Source: Camelus dromedarius (Eukaryota). From it: DNA of 64,000 nt. Positions 49,955 through 63,662 of the stretch are shown in pieces. Within the stretch, counting starts at the first letter, position 1, and every line of letters begins with the position of its first letter. The notes under the pieces are model-generated. The model saw only the letters and a program-made list of their open reading frames with translations. It was not told the origin of the DNA and did not search any database. A program made the translations under genes and the position numbers. The stretch is from positions 93,932,001-93,996,000 of the forward strand of contig NC_087436.1 of assembly GCF_036321535.1 (NCBI RefSeq), in the 5' to 3' direction.

Positions 49955-50261
49955 CTTCACTTGGTGCTAAAACCAGGACAGTCCTGGGATTTCAAAATTT
50001 GTAGATACTGACAGGCATATGCAGGATAGATAAACAAGATTATACTGTATAGCACAGGGAAATATATACAAGATCTTGTGGTAGCTCAAAGCGAAAAAGA
50101 ATGCAACAATGAATATATGTATGTTTATGTATAACTGAAAAATTGTGCTCTACCCTGGAATTTGACACAACATTGTAAAATGACTATAACTCAATTAAAA
50201 AATGTTTAAAAAAAAAAAAACAGGACAGTCCTGGGCAAACCTAAGGGGGTTGGTCACCCTG
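49955..50261. mobile_element. MER81-like hAT-Blackjack fragment split by an L1 insertion
   Basis: Removing the L1 and one TSD gives 'gtgctaaaaccaggacagtcctgggcaaacc..ggttggtcaccct'. Confidence 0.65.
49989..50220 (+). mobile_element. Young 5'-truncated L1 with poly(A) tail and perfect 15-bp TSD
   Basis: 'actgtatagcacagggaaatatatacaagatcttg...gacacaacattgtaaaatgactataactcaat' + A13; caggacagtcctggg at 49974-49988 and 50221-50235. Confidence 0.92.
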
Positions 50262-50470
50262 GCACACAGTAGGCACTGATCAAAGTGGCCCAAGGGAGAT
50301 TGAGGACAAAGTTATTGGTCCCATTTCAAGGCCAGATAACTTCGTGAGACCTCTTTATAGATAGCTACTCTGTATAGATATTTCCTTACAGGTGGCTATG
50401 GTGATAATATTCTCTTTGTGAATGATAGTATTTGTTGAGTGTTCCTGTGGGGCCAGTTTACCCCATTCCC

Positions 50471-50616
50471 CAGGTGGTAGTTTGCATTGTTGTGGACTGT
50501 TGTCCAGTGCACTGTAGAATGTTTAGCAGCATCCCTGGATGCTCTACCCACTGGATACCAGCATTGCCTAGTAACTTCTGGAGTTGGGGCAAAATGGCGT
50601 CAGTTGAGGACCATTG
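50471..50616 (-). mobile_element. MER20, partial/internally deleted
   Basis: 'gtgcactgtagaatgtttagcagcatccctgg..ctctacccactggataccagca' is the reverse complement of the MER20 core seen at 24372-24585. Confidence 0.8.
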
Positions 50617-51799
50617 CTCTGAGGTCCATGACAGCGCTCACATTTTAGGAAAAATGACTACCTGATCATCTTTGTAACCTTTTAAATTAACCTTTTAAAT
50701 TTTCTCTTAGTTTTTTGTTCACTCCCTCCAGTTTTGCCTCTCCCAATATTTTGATAGCTGCCTTGCTGTTTTCTTCTCTCCTCCCATCACCTGTGATCAT
50801 GTGATTACTCACGAAATTCTAAAACATACCTATAGAACACAAGTCTGTCTAGCAGACTGGAAGGAGTCATTCCATTGAGTTTTTTTTAGAATCTGTGGAA
50901 ATTCTTTGTTGCCTTAACTTCTTCTTTTGTCTCAGTAGGGTCTTTTGAGGTTTACTGGAATCAAGAAATAAAAGTCTTCAAGGTTTCTTAGCCCCAGCCA
51001 TTCATGAAGTAATGAAATTATATTCAATGTAAAAATTTTTGGAGGATTTTATTACATCCTTGGAGAAGACTTTAAATCTCAAAAGCCTAGTAAGTCACAA
51101 CTCTTGCAGAGGGGCTGCAGAACTGAAGACCGTTTATGCAATCTAGATTCTTTATCTGTTTAATCAGTCTCCTTCTTTCTAATTACTTAAATGAGAAAAG
51201 ATTCTAAACACTGCTCTTTAGTTGCTATGACATCTTTGTTGCAAAAGGTCACCTGATCCACCTTTTGGCTTTAACAAACGATTATTTAAACCAAAGATGT
51301 CTAGTACTATTTTTGTAAAGTTTTGCAGACATGGAAATTCCAATTATCTTTATTAGTTAACTGTTCCAGGTTTTAATTACCCTCTAACTCAAAATTTCTT
51401 CCTTTACTTAACCACTGAAGACAACTTCCTCTTTATGATATTTACTTTATTGGAATAAATTTTAATCTAATTATAAAAATAAAACAGGCTGAGAGAGAAG
51501 CAGGAAAGAGCACAAAGGAGAAAATAAAAATCATCTGTAAACCCACAACTCAAAGATAATGCAGATAATGTTTTTGGAATTATATGTCTTTTAAAAATGC
51601 ATATAATATATGTTTATCAGGTTAACTCTTCTGTTCCATTCTTGCTAGGGATAGAAAACACTTCCACAATTTTGTGGTGAATTTTAATATATTGTACTTA
51701 AATAAATAAGGAGTTTCATAGGAGAATTAAGTTAACAAAGAATGCATTATAATAAAGACACAGCACTTTTTCATTATTGTTTAACCCAAGTAAACTAGG

Positions 51800-53995
51800 T
51801 GTTTATATCAGCTGTCTTGGCTTGTTATCTGTCCTTTAGGGATTTCTTTATGTTATAGAAACAGATAGACTTATAGGATCCACTCCCTTTTCCCACAAAA
51901 GGTAGATTATTGTTTTTCTTCACTTAGCAATACATTTTGGAGATCTCTTGATATCTGGTATCTTGAGAGCTTCCACACTGACTTTAAAAACCAGAGACTA
52001 GTATTCCATTGTATGGATTTACCTTAATCTATTTAGCTAGTCCCCTGTTGATGGACATTTGATTGGTTTCCAGTCTTTTGCCATTAAAAACAATGCTGAA
52101 ATAAAGTATTTGTACACATGTCATTTTACAGGCATAAAATCTATCTGCAGGAAAAATTCTCCAAAGTAGAATTACTTCCGTTATAATAGATATATAGTAT
52201 GATAGATAAGTGTAGGGATGTCAGTATGTACTCTCATGAGAAATGTATGAGAGTACCAATTTCCCCACAGCCTTGCCAACATAGTATGTTAATATGTTTC
52301 TATCAAACCTTTGGATTTTTGCCAATCTGATACATGAGAAATGATATTTTAGTGTATTTTCAACTTGTATATTTTCATACAAGTTAAAGGTCATTTGTAC
52401 TCTGTCAACTCCATCCATCCCCTGCCCGTTTTTCTATTGGTTTATTGTTCATTTTCTCATTGATTTGTATTATTTGTTTTCTCATTGCTTTGTAATTGTA
52501 GAAATGAGCTCTTTGTGATGTAAATTGTGGACATTTTCCTGTTGATCATTTTCTTTTTATTCTGTTTGTGGTTTAAACATATTTTGTATGTAGTTGAATT
52601 TATCAGTCTTTAATTTATGGCTTTTGGTTTATAAGTCATAGTGAAAGATCTTTCTTGTTTCAAGGTTATAAAAAGAATTCTCCCACGTTTTCTTGTAGAA
52701 TTTTTATGGTTTAATTTTTCACGTTCAAATAGTTGATCCATTAGGAATTTATCGTGTTATGTGATGTGATATCCAATTTTGTTTTTTCTAAGTGAAATCT
52801 AGATGTCCCAACACCTAGACTATTTGTTGAATAGTCCCTGTCTCCACTGGTATGAGATGCCCCTTCTGTTGTCTAATAAATTCCCATATGGACCTGGATA
52901 TATTTCTGGATTTTCTAGTCTATTTCATTGCTCTGACTACTTATGTACCAGTATTTGATTTTTGTATATAGGTGTCTGTTTTATCGTTCCATTTCCCCTT
53001 TTTTAATTTGGAAGTCTATCTTTTAAAAAACATTTCTAGCATCCATGCTATGTTACTAGACAGCTTTTAAATCCATTTACCCACTTTCTGACTTATGTAC
53101 TACTGTTGTTGTGTACTTTAATTCTGTTTAGTATTTTTAATTTATTAAAATTTTTTATATTAGAGCTCCATAGGACATTATCATGATTGTTTTATGTAAT
53201 TGATGTTGGTTTAAATTCACCATTTAAAAAAATTATTCCTCATTCTAGCTTGTATTCTCTTTCCATCTTGTGCCATTTTCCTTCTGCTTAAAGAGCATCC
53301 TTTGGTGGCAGTCTACTTGCAGCAGACTCTCAGTATTCATTTCACTGACTATGTCATTATTTTGAACTTCATTTTTGAAAGATATATTCAGTGCGAATAG
53401 AATCCTAAGTTGGTAGTTTTGGTTTGTTTCCCAGCACGTGGAAGCTGTTCTTCTATTATTTTCTGGCTTCCATTATTGGTGCTAAGGAGGCAGTTGTTGG
53501 TCTACTAGCCCTTTGACGACCTTTGACAATAACTGCATTTTGCATAATAAGCATAGTTGTTTATATTCTGCCTAATAATCTCCATATCTGGAGTCCCTGT
53601 GAGTTTAGTTTTGTTTCCTGTATTTCTGCTGATTCTCACTCATGTTTTTTAATGCACCTGGTTCTCCTTGACTGGACTATTTTTGAAGATGTTTTTGTAG
53701 AAATAATCTGAGGTCTGGCATTAAGTTATGTTCCTCCTGGATCAAACTAATTATGTATTGAGGCTTTATACTGTGTTTTGATATCTGATAGTTCTGGTAG
53801 CCTTCTGTCAGAATTTTCCTGGTTATGAATTTTAGGATCAACTTATCTAATTCTAAACCTCCCCTCCTAAAAAAAAAAAAAAACAAAAAACAAAGACACT
53901 CCATTGCTATTCTTTTAGAGATGAACACATTGAATTTATACATTAACTCAAAATGGCATCTTACGATGTTAAGTCTCCTTATCGAAGGATATGGT
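51800..53995 (-). mobile_element. Cluster of old L1 (L1MC/L1ME-like) fragments
   Basis: 'gttgatggacatttgattggtttccagtcttttgccatt', 'gtatgagagtaccaatttccccacagccttgccaaca', 'aattttaggatcaacttatc..cattgaatttatacattaa'. Confidence 0.75.
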
Positions 53996-54103
53996 AGAAA
54001 CAACCCTTAAAAAAAAGAATGTTGTTGGGTTCTCAGGTATAAATCTTATTCATTTCAGGAATTTAGAATGATTTTCTGAGATCACAGTAGAAGTCAGTGT
54101 TGA

Positions 54104-54260
54104 GGGGAGGGTATAGCTCAAGTGGTAGAGTGTGCTTAGTGTGTACGAGGTCCTGGGTTCAGTCCCCAGTACCTCTTCTAAAAATAAATAAACAAACACA
54201 ATAAATTACCTCCCCCTCCCCCCAAAATGAAATAAACATAAAAATGAGAAAAAAATTTAA
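54104..54260 (+). mobile_element. tRNA-Ala-derived SINE ('gctcaagtgg' variant) with TSD
   Basis: aagtcagtgtt at 54091-54101 and 54261-54271. Confidence 0.92.
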
Positions 54261-54594
54261 AAGTCAGTGTTAAGGTATGTTTTAATATATAAATAATAAT
54301 TTTAGATTATCTTATTTATAAAGCATGATAACTTTATCAATCATATGGGGATGTTAGGCACATGGCCTCTTGATTCCCTAGCTTTTATGTCTGTCTCTTG
54401 TCTTGCCCCATCCCGAGTCACGTCAGACAACCTCTGACTTTTATCTTGATTCTGTTAGGCTAGCCCTACGTTTCTTTGGCTTTTATGGACATTTGATTGC
54501 AGTCTTTTCTCCAGATGCGTCTGCTGTGCTGTACAGCATTGTTGTGATGCCCAGCAAGCACGCTTGCTGTGCTTTCACAGGAGCTTGATCGAGA

Positions 54595-55130
54595 CCACAG
54601 AGTGCAGTGCTTCGGAGAGCAGGATCTGGTGTCTTGCTGAACTGGCCTGAAGTCATGGCTGGGCCCCATCTAGCTTTATGACCTTGGGCTAGATATTTAT
54701 TTCACCTTTTGAAGATATAGTTTCCTCATCTGGAAAATGGGCATAGTAATGGAATCTTGATCAAAGTATTGTGGGCATTAAATGAGAAAACTTACAGTGG
54801 GTACAGTAACAGGTGCGTGCTCAATCCATGTTAGCTATGAGGCACTCCCCTCATTTTACAGATACGTGCTCTCAGGTTCAGTCACTTCAGTAACTTCCTT
54901 AAAATCCCCAGGATGTGGCAGAGCTTTATGTCTCCGAGTCCAGTGCTCTTTTCATGGTGCCACCAATGACTAATAAGAGCAAAGAATAGTTAAGGTAAGT
55001 GGTCCTTACCAGGTAGGCACTGTTCTTAGCACTTTACCTCTGTTAACTCAGTTTACACTTATTAGCCAGAAGGTAGCTCAACTAGTGATGATGGAGCTAG
55101 GATTTGAACCAAGACAACTGGACTCTAACC
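54595..55130. mobile_element. Cluster of three MIR fragments (+, -, -)
   Basis: 'agtttcctcatctggaaaatgggcatagtaat', 'cctcattttacagat', 'aggcactgttcttagcactttac..ggagctaggatttgaacc'. Confidence 0.75.
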
Positions 55131-57009
55131 CAAAGGTCTAACTTGGTCTGATGGTCCCTACCACTGGCAGTAGGGATTCCCAGTTCTCTTCAGTGTGTGG
55201 CGACCTCCTCCAGGTTCCCCTTTGCTGCTTTTTTTTCCTCCTCTGACTCTCCTGCTGTCCTCTTATCCTTTTCATTCTGTACCCTTATCTCTTATCCTCT
55301 ATTTTTCTTTTATCCTTATCCCTGAACTTTGGGCTTGCTCTGAAGATGGTATATACTGAGGAGTGGGTGTAGGGAGATAATAAATTACCCACATTCACAC
55401 AGTTGGATTGTAACAGAATTAAGATTTGAGTCTAGGTCTGTTTCCAGAGCTTGTTGTTTTCCCCATGCTGGTTGTTAAAATACTGAAATCTCTCTGTACC
55501 TCTTGGTGGATGGCTACTGTTCCAAGTCTCCCATGTGACCCTACCCCCACCAGCCTGGCCTGACTTGCCCCCTCCCCAGGAACCTCTAGATCTGCCCCAC
55601 AAGAGATCTGCCCATAAGCCAGCAAGTAAAAGGTTAACGTCCAGTCCAACGGGGGCATCAAGGACCCTGCTCCAGCTTAGAGGCCAGCTGACAGGTCTGT
55701 ATTTGTGCCCTTGAGGTACCTCGGCTCTTAACCATACTGCCGTGTAGTATCAAGTACCATGCTGAGTACTGCTTAACATCACTAGGGCAGCTCAGGATGA
55801 ATGAGAAAATAACTTCACAGTTCATTAATGAAACTGCCATTTGGGATCAGATCAGAAACACTGTGGAAGCTTAGCTGAATTCATGGCCTCCCTTGATAAA
55901 GTACAGGATGAAGAATGTTGCATCTGGACAGATGAATTTTGTGCCCTCTCCAAGACTGAGGCTAACAGTTTTTTCTCAGCTACTACCCAGTCTCTGCTTT
56001 CACTACCCAACCTACCCAAGCCAACCATGCCAGGGCCCTCCTTCCAGGCCTTCAGCCCCTGGGGCTCTGCTTAGAAGATCCTCTGCCCCTTCCTACCACC
56101 CGCCACGCCCCCTACCCCGCACCGGCTCCTACCGCTGAGGATCCTCAGGCCTCGGAGGCCCACAAGGCTGCTGTTACTTTTAGAATCATTTCTACTGCAT
56201 TTGGGCAAAAAAGATTTTTTGGTAGGGCCTGGGGTTTTGAACATCATTTCTAACATTCTTTCTTTGGAAAAGGCATTCTGTGTTTCAAAAAGCAGCTTAT
56301 AAATGAACTTTTCTAAAAGCAAGATAGGGTTTTTTCTTTATTTATTCTAGAAGGAAACTAAGTTTGTCCAGTATGTTTTCTCCTTCCTCAAATCCTGTTG
56401 ATTCCTTCCGGCTGCTTTGTGGTTGATGATAAACTAGTAGATCTGTTACCTGTGCTATCTATTTATTCCTACTTTAAAGCCATACTTTCCCCAGTCTTCA
56501 GAGATTCCCTGTGTATTTGTTAGGATAGGCTGAGTAGTATGTGGAGCCCAAGATGTCAGTGGATCACCCAGTAGAAGTATAGATCTTGCAATCCGGGTGT
56601 GTGTGCAGGTTGGCAGGGTGACTCACCTCCACGAACTCATTTGGAGATCCAGACTGAGATCTAGGGTTGCCTGAGCATTGCTATCCCAGTCAGTCAGAGG
56701 AGGAAAGAGCCCAGAGGGGAGTGCCCGGTAGATTTTTAGGGCCATGTCCACACTCACATCATCATGGCATGCATCATTTCCTTTCCATCCACGGGCTGGA
56801 GCTAAATCAACGGTCACACTTCACTGCAGCGTGGGGATTGCAGTCTTGCTGTCCATAGAAAGGAATGACCTCTGTACCTTGTATTTTTCATAACTTTTAA
56901 ACTCACCAGGCAGTTCCAGTTGTAAATGTGTCCTCCTGAAGGATGTACCTAGGGGATGCATCACTGCAGGGCTATCACTTTTGTTTAATTTCAAAAAGTA
57001 GCCTTGGTA

Positions 57010-57130
57010 GGGAGGGTATAGCTCAGCAGTAGAGTGCATGCTTAGCATGCCTAAGGTCCTGGGTTCAATCCCCAGTACCTCCATTAAAAATAAATAAATA
57101 AACCTAATTACCTCACCCCTAAAAAAAAAA
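57010..57130 (+). mobile_element. tRNA-Ala-derived SINE, near-consensus, with A tail and TSD
   Basis: TSD aaaaagtagccttggta (56993-57009) versus aaaaagtagcagccttggta (57131-57150, 3-nt insertion). Confidence 0.93.
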
Positions 57131-57289
57131 AAAAAGTAGCAGCCTTGGTAACACAGCCACGCTAGGAGGAATGTTTATTACCCCTCTGGATTAGGCAATT
57201 CCAAAGCGTGGACCAGGTGGGAGGTTAGGTCCTGCATGTGGACATTACTCACTCCGAGTACCACCATGCATGCAGTGGGAGAGGCGCCA

Positions 57290-57420
57290 GATCTGGGCCA
57301 GCCAACACTGACTGGTCATATGACCTTGCGCAAGTTACCTGTCTGAATCTCAGTTTTCTTATCTAGATCAACTAGTAAATATCTAAGGTATTTCAGTGTT
57401 TTAAGATGGCATAATTCTAA
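57290..57420 (+). mobile_element. MIR-family fragment
   Basis: 'tgtgaccttg'-like 'tgaccttgcgcaagttacctgtctgaatctcagttttcttatct'. Confidence 0.65.
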
Positions 57421-57511
57421 GAATTTCCCCCCTGGGGATCCTGTAGGATAATCAGAATACAGCCACAAAGTTTGGAGAGCATTTTTACAGCTTTTTCAGC
57501 CATTTAATCAT

Positions 57512-57741
<230 letters not shown>

Positions 57742-58611
57742 CACCACAGATCATCAAGGTGTTTGTTGTTTAAATGCTATTTATGAAGCAAAAGAATTTA
57801 TCTGGAGCCAGCCTAGTTGAGTGGTGAATAGCTCAGAGGTCTGCAATCACATTAAAATGTACTTTTGACTTTAGCAAGGGCTGAAGAATACCCATCTGGT
57901 ATAACACATGGATTCGTTCACTCTGGATGATTTTAAACTGCCTGTCTACACTGGACTTGACCCTCTCGGGGTATGGCACTTGGAGCCTCACGTCCACCAG
58001 ATATAACTCTCACCCCTTGGAGTGAATTCTTCATTGATACTGTCTCTTTTAAGAATAATATTACTTCTGAGCAGCCTTATATATTGAACCAGTACTACTG
58101 AAGTATGGGAAAAATATATTATCAGTAAAACAAATTTTTGTTTCTAAGGTGTAAATAGAAAGGAAGCATTTTTGGGGCAAATTATGTTATCAACTGCAAG
58201 GAACAGTGTATTAGGGTGCATGTAAAAACTTCTATAGGCTTTGGCCTGGAAAGGAGCAGGCCAGGCTATTGAAAAAAGTACTGAGTGCTCATTTGCTCAA
58301 ACCATTGGGCCAAAGGCTATGTTAGTGTTCAGAATATTACCATCAGCCTGGGCTACCTAACATTTGCTGATCATCTGAATATTATGTCATGTGGCATCTC
58401 AATGGGACAGGATCTAAGTTTCTGGACTTTACTTGGTAGGACTTGGGGCAAAGGAATGAGGGAAAGGGCTGGGTTTGATAACAAAAGTTGTGGTATTATT
58501 ATTTCTCAAAACAATTTTTTAAACTCTGAATCCCCAGTGTATCACACTGCATTAAATATATTGCCTCTTACTGGGCCTACACCCACAATAAGCTAAATGA
58601 ATTGCCAGAGA

Positions 58612-58785
58612 ACTGTGGCTGACAAACTCCCTGATGCATAGAATTACTAGGATGCTGTTTAAAATGAGAGATTTTCAAACCCTTCCATTATTTGGTGCAG
58701 ATGCAGAAAGTCCAAGGCAAGGTCAGGAATCTAATTTTTAACAAGCTCTCCAGGGGACTGGGCCAGCTTGAGAAACTCTACTGCA
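58612..58785. mobile_element. MER5-like hAT-Charlie element
   Basis: 'gatgcatagaattactagg...ggtcaggaatctaatttttaacaagctctccagggga..gcttgagaaactctactg'. Confidence 0.7.
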
Positions 58786-60011
58786 GGGCAGTGGTCCCCA
58801 ACCTTTTAGAAGAGGGGCACGATGAGGGGCACCACGAGGAGGAGAGGTTCTCCTACTCCAGGGCTAGGGCAGAAGTTCTAGGCCAACATCTAGCACAGCA
58901 AGATGTGGCTTAGAGCAGGCCCTCCATCAATGTTTTTTGATGGAAATAAAGTTACTTTGAGGAAATGAGAACATCCTCTCTCAACCCTGGGTGAACAGGG
59001 AGAAGCAAATCATTTTGGAAGACTACTGAGTGAGCATGGAATTAGAGCAGGGGAGGAAAGGGGTTTAAAATTTAATGCCCACTGCCCTCCACCCCGGCCT
59101 GGCACAACTCTGTCTGTTTCAAGATCAATAGTTGGTTGATCTTGTCTTTGGGATGGAAACCTTCTGAGGTCCAGTGACTTCAGGAGAACCTAACGTCAGT
59201 GGGAACAGTCAACTTACCTGTCCAGCTTTTTCTAGGTTTCCCAAGGGAGCCCCCCTCTTCTTCTGATCGTCACAATTTTCCTTTAGTCACATTGATCTTG
59301 CAGCCTTGGAGCCAGGCCAACTAGTGGTCTCTTTCTATTGATTCTGCATATCTTTAAATCTAGTGGATCTTGAAGATTCTCTCTTAGGGGGCTTGTTGCC
59401 TGAATTGTAATCTGACTGTACAGATGGTAAAACATGCAACTGATTTAATAATAGCCTTTTAAATGAGTAAATATACACATTGGTTATCTGCCATGTTAAA
59501 ATGTTAAAGTTGGTGCATTGTAGAGTAGAAGAAACAGGTTTCAAGTTATTGAGTGGACCATGCATTGTGGACCTCTAATGACTGTTACTGACAGGGATTT
59601 CTCATCTCCTAGTGGAAGGATTTATTATTTTAAGATGATAGAATAATGCCAGAAAGACCAAGTTTTAAGTCTCAGCCTACCTTTTTTTTTTTTTTTGAGA
59701 ATAAAGAAGGAATTTATTAGGTTATACTGATATAGACAACAGTGGGCCACACAGAACAGAGGTGCCTGTGTGAGCCTCAGCCTACTTCTTAGAAGCCTTT
59801 TTTTCTTTTTTTTTTTAACAAGACAATCTCTCACAGCCTCAGTCTCCTTCACTGAAAGTGAGTTTAACAGTTACCACTTTGCTTAGTTGTTGGGAGAGTT
59901 AAAACCAGACACACGGTCTGTTTTAATGCAGTGTCCGGCACATGGCCGGTGTGGAAAACATGGCAAATAATGGAAAAAAAAAAAGGGACCCACATCAACT
60001 TTTGACTTGTA

Positions 60012-60099
60012 GTGGTCAGCTGTCAAAAAGGACATAGACCAACACAATGCACGGAATATGCTATAACTTGAGATGCGCGAGGACCACCTCAAAGGGCAG
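60012..60099 (+). other. Candidate 88-nt non-coding exon
   Basis: Acceptor cttttgacttgtag|, donor CAG|GTGAGC at 60100; stop codons in all three frames; local CpG retention. Confidence 0.25.
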
Positions 60100-61529
60100 G
60101 TGAGCCGCCTCCTCGCTGCTCAGGCTTACAAGTGACATAAAAGCGGCACTGGGAGGAGCAGGGAGAGCCGGGCCATCTGTCAGTTCCATCCAAGGAACTG
60201 GTTATATTGTGAGCTCTGATTAGACTTAAAAATGGACCCGGGCAAGAACTCTTTGAGCTCTGTTGACCATCTAAGGATGGGAAGAAGGTGCTGGGCCATG
60301 AGAATCTCACTCCTTGGGAGCACCTGTGCCTCGGGAAAGTGGAGAAAATCACAATGCAGAAATGTATGCCTTTTATACTAAAGACTGACCTGAGTGAGTG
60401 CTTAAAGCATTTTCGAGTTTTCTGCAACTTTCATGGGGTGGGTTCAGATTCCACAGGTGATGTTGGTGAAACCTTTTACTGTCAGTGACCCTGGCCGTGT
60501 TAGGAAATGCCTGAGAGTTGTGAAAATTCTGAGTGGTTTGGCTGTGTTTTGACAACAGCGTTTCAGCTGACTGGTCTGGTTTTTCACTGTTTTGCTTCCA
60601 TGAGGATCGGGGCAGAAAATGAGAACAGGATAATGCCAAAAGTGAGTGCCCGACTAGGGGTGAATGATTCACAGACCTAATTGCTAATCCATCTAACATC
60701 TATCATAAGTAATTAGACCAAAAAACAAAAATAACCATTTAAAAACTGCTTGAGATATGTAAATTTAAAGGAACACCGAGTTATCTATTTCATTTGTGGT
60801 TATTGTGCTTGAGAGTCAGGGCTGGGGCAGATTTTTTGCTACCAGCAGAAACGAGGAATTGAGAAATCAGGAACAAGTGTTCTTTCTACCCTATAATAAA
60901 GGGCCTGACTTAGCAAAACAACAAAAATCCTACTTTTGCACCACCAAGAATTTTCCCAAGTTGGGTGGGACCCAAAGAATGGCGGAGGGGATATTTCATG
61001 AAACTAAAAAGAACTTTGCTGAATTAAGATTTTCTCTGCCCTTATGTTGATCACTCACATAAGCAAAGTTAGAACTTGTATTTTATATTTAAACAATGCT
61101 CAGTCTTCCTGGGCGTTCCTGACTTATTAAAACAATTTTTTTAGACACCGTCCTGCACTTGGGGTCTTCAGTTTTTCCACCTGCAATGTTTTGAGCACCC
61201 AATGAAGCAACCATATAGGAAGAGTAGATGTGAAATGCTAGTGAGGGAGCCTTGACGATTTGGAGGCAGAATAACTTACACTCTATGTGCTTCTAATCTA
61301 GTTTGAGAGATAAGATGTAAACAGGTTAAAAGTTAAATAAGAATAATAAAGTGAAGAAACAACCTAAAAAGAGAGAACATGTCACTGGGCAGCGTATGAT
61401 GGATTGCCCAATAGGACTGCCTGGGCGGTAAAGCTTTCACAATTCGGAGTTGGGAGAAGACCCCGTATGTGTCTACTGGTGACGTGCTGGCCAGCTCTTG
61501 GGTTTTTTTGTGTGTGTGTGAAATTCAAG

Positions 61530-61850
61530 ACTCATTCATTCATTCATTCATTTATTCAGCAGAGGTTGACTGAGCTACTAGGAGATGTCAGGTGCTGTGC
61601 TACATGCTGGGCATACAGAGGGGAGCAAATGGACAAGGGTCCTGCCCTCGTGGAGATGTTTGGTGGGGCTGGCCAGACAGTGAACAAATAAACTCACAAG
61701 TATTTTATCACAGATTGTGATGTGTGCTATGAGGGAAAGCTTACACTGAGACATGAAAAGAGGGGAACCAATCTAATTTGGGGTATTTTGGGGGAAGGCT
61801 TCCCTGAGGAAGTAGCATTTAAACAGAGATCTGAAGAAATGAATTCATGC
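61530..61850 (-). mobile_element. L2 3' region
   Basis: 'cattcattcattcattcatttattcagc...tgtcaggtgctgtgctac...gggaaggcttccctgaggaagt'. Confidence 0.85.
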
Positions 61851-62559
61851 CATCTTCTTGATGAAATGAAGACACTGCTGGTCCAAATTAAGCTGCATTT
61901 TTTAATTTCAACAAATAATTAGTTTAGAGGATAGAAATAAAGGCCGAGACATAATTTATAGTTGTTCAGCATTCTGGACATTAGGAAAAAGTCTGTTTGT
62001 AATGAGCATATGCTTACACACACACACACACCCTTTCTGCTTACACATTGTCTCGCTCACACCCCACCCACAGCTCTCCCATCCCACTCGATAGAATAAT
62101 TCTATAAATGCATGTGGAAAGCTCATCCCAGATTCCTAGCAGGTCTTCCTCAAGGTTTCCCAGAAGCTCTCGGGAAGGTGCTCAGGGAGGTGAATGTTTT
62201 GATCACCAAAAGCTTTGTCTTCCCTCTTTCTGAATGTGGCCATGACTTCCCAGGAAGTCCACTGTGCTTGGATTACTGTCCCCGAGCCCCCATTTAGCTG
62301 GCATCACCGGTGGTCCAAATCAGTCTTCATGGATGACAATACAAGTCTGGCACCGCCATTCACTTTCTGAATCCTATTTCCTGGAGCCACATCAGAAAAA
62401 TAGTTGAGGCAGTAACTGCTTTTCAGATCATACCGATATCACTGATTACAGAGACAGGATAATGTGATGGCCGCCAGCACAGCCTGCAGAATCAGGCCGC
62501 CTGGATTGGAATCCCAGCCTGCCTGCGTAACTGTGGACAGGTTTCTTCTCTGCCTGAAT

Positions 62560-62875
62560 GTGAATCTGAGACGTCCTCGCCTGAAACCTATTGGGTCAGA
62601 TGTATTTTGGAATCCAGAATATTTCAGATTTTAGATAGTATGTTGCATATACTCTGCATTGCTTCATACCACTAGCTGGGTCTGGGGCAACATCCCATAA
62701 TCAAACACATCACTGTTTCTTCAGCAGAACATGTGGCTTCTCATATGCTAGAAGAATAGAAATCTATAGAGTCTTGTTAGAGACTAGAGTCTAGATTTGG
62801 CTGCTAAATGACTTCTAAAAAATACTTTGTTTTCCAGGGTTTAGCATTTCCCTTACAGGTAAGGTGGATGACCTG
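62560..62875. mobile_element. TcMar-Tigger-type DNA transposon nested in a MIR (MIR halves about 62455-62555 and 62876-62945)
   Basis: 'gggtcagatgtattttggaatccagaatatttcagattttaga...gggtctggggcaacatcccataatcaaacacat'; MIR resumes 'gggaggattcaataacaagatgtatgtaagtgct'. Confidence 0.55.
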
Positions 62876-63662
62876 GGAGGATTCAATAACAAGATGTATG
62901 TAAGTGCTAAGAACTGAAGGCACCTTGCAAGTGTGAGCTGTTAGCATGAAGTGTTTTTTTATTATAAAGCCACTGTATACTGAGTATAAGCTGAAGTTAC
63001 AGTGTCATTTCCCTCTCTTCTCCCTCCCAACAAATGGGCCTTGACTGTGTGCCAGACACACTGCTAGGTGCTGCAGGACAACAAATAAGGACCAGACAAA
63101 GCTCCTGCCTTGCATGACAGTCACAGCACCTGTGGCCGGGGACACTGCCAGCTTTTTGTCTTTTTTTTTTAATGTTTTCTTTCCATATCCCACTTTTTCC
63201 TAGGTATTTTCCATGCTGGCCTATTTGAATTATGTTAGAATCAAACCAGCCCCCAGACAGACTATTGTGCCTGGTATGCTGTCATATATACCTACATACA
63301 GAGGACAGAAAATGATGACACATGACGCAAGTGACTGGAAATCGTTCTCGGACAGGAAGTTACAGTTGGGACAGTGATGAGAGGAAGGAAGTCCGCTCAG
63401 TTGAATGAGCACTTAGAGTAGAAGTGGGGACACTTGTTCCTCAGGTGCACTTCTTTGTGCCAGGCACTGTGCTGGGTCCTGGGATTGCAGAAATGAATAA
63501 GGCGGGCACTGCAGCCTTTAAGTGACGTGGTGTTTGCTGATGTTCACTGTCTCCTTGTGAGCTGGAGAATCCAGCTACCCTCTCTGAGCCTGTGTACTTA
63601 TCTTCAAAACAAAAGGGCTGGAGTCTATGGCCCCATTTTACCTTCAAAAGTCTGTGGTCCTG

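Noticed and set aside
57010..57083. tRNA-Ala(AGC)-like sequences (here and 11 other sites) as genuine tRNA genes
   Set aside because: Each has a shared non-tRNA tail, usually an A-rich end and often a TSD, and carries stem-breaking mutations; these are SINEs
59120..59144. 9-bp inverted repeat caagatcaa-N7-ttgatcttg
   Set aside because: Too short for a pre-miRNA; a few such hairpins are expected by chance in 64 kb
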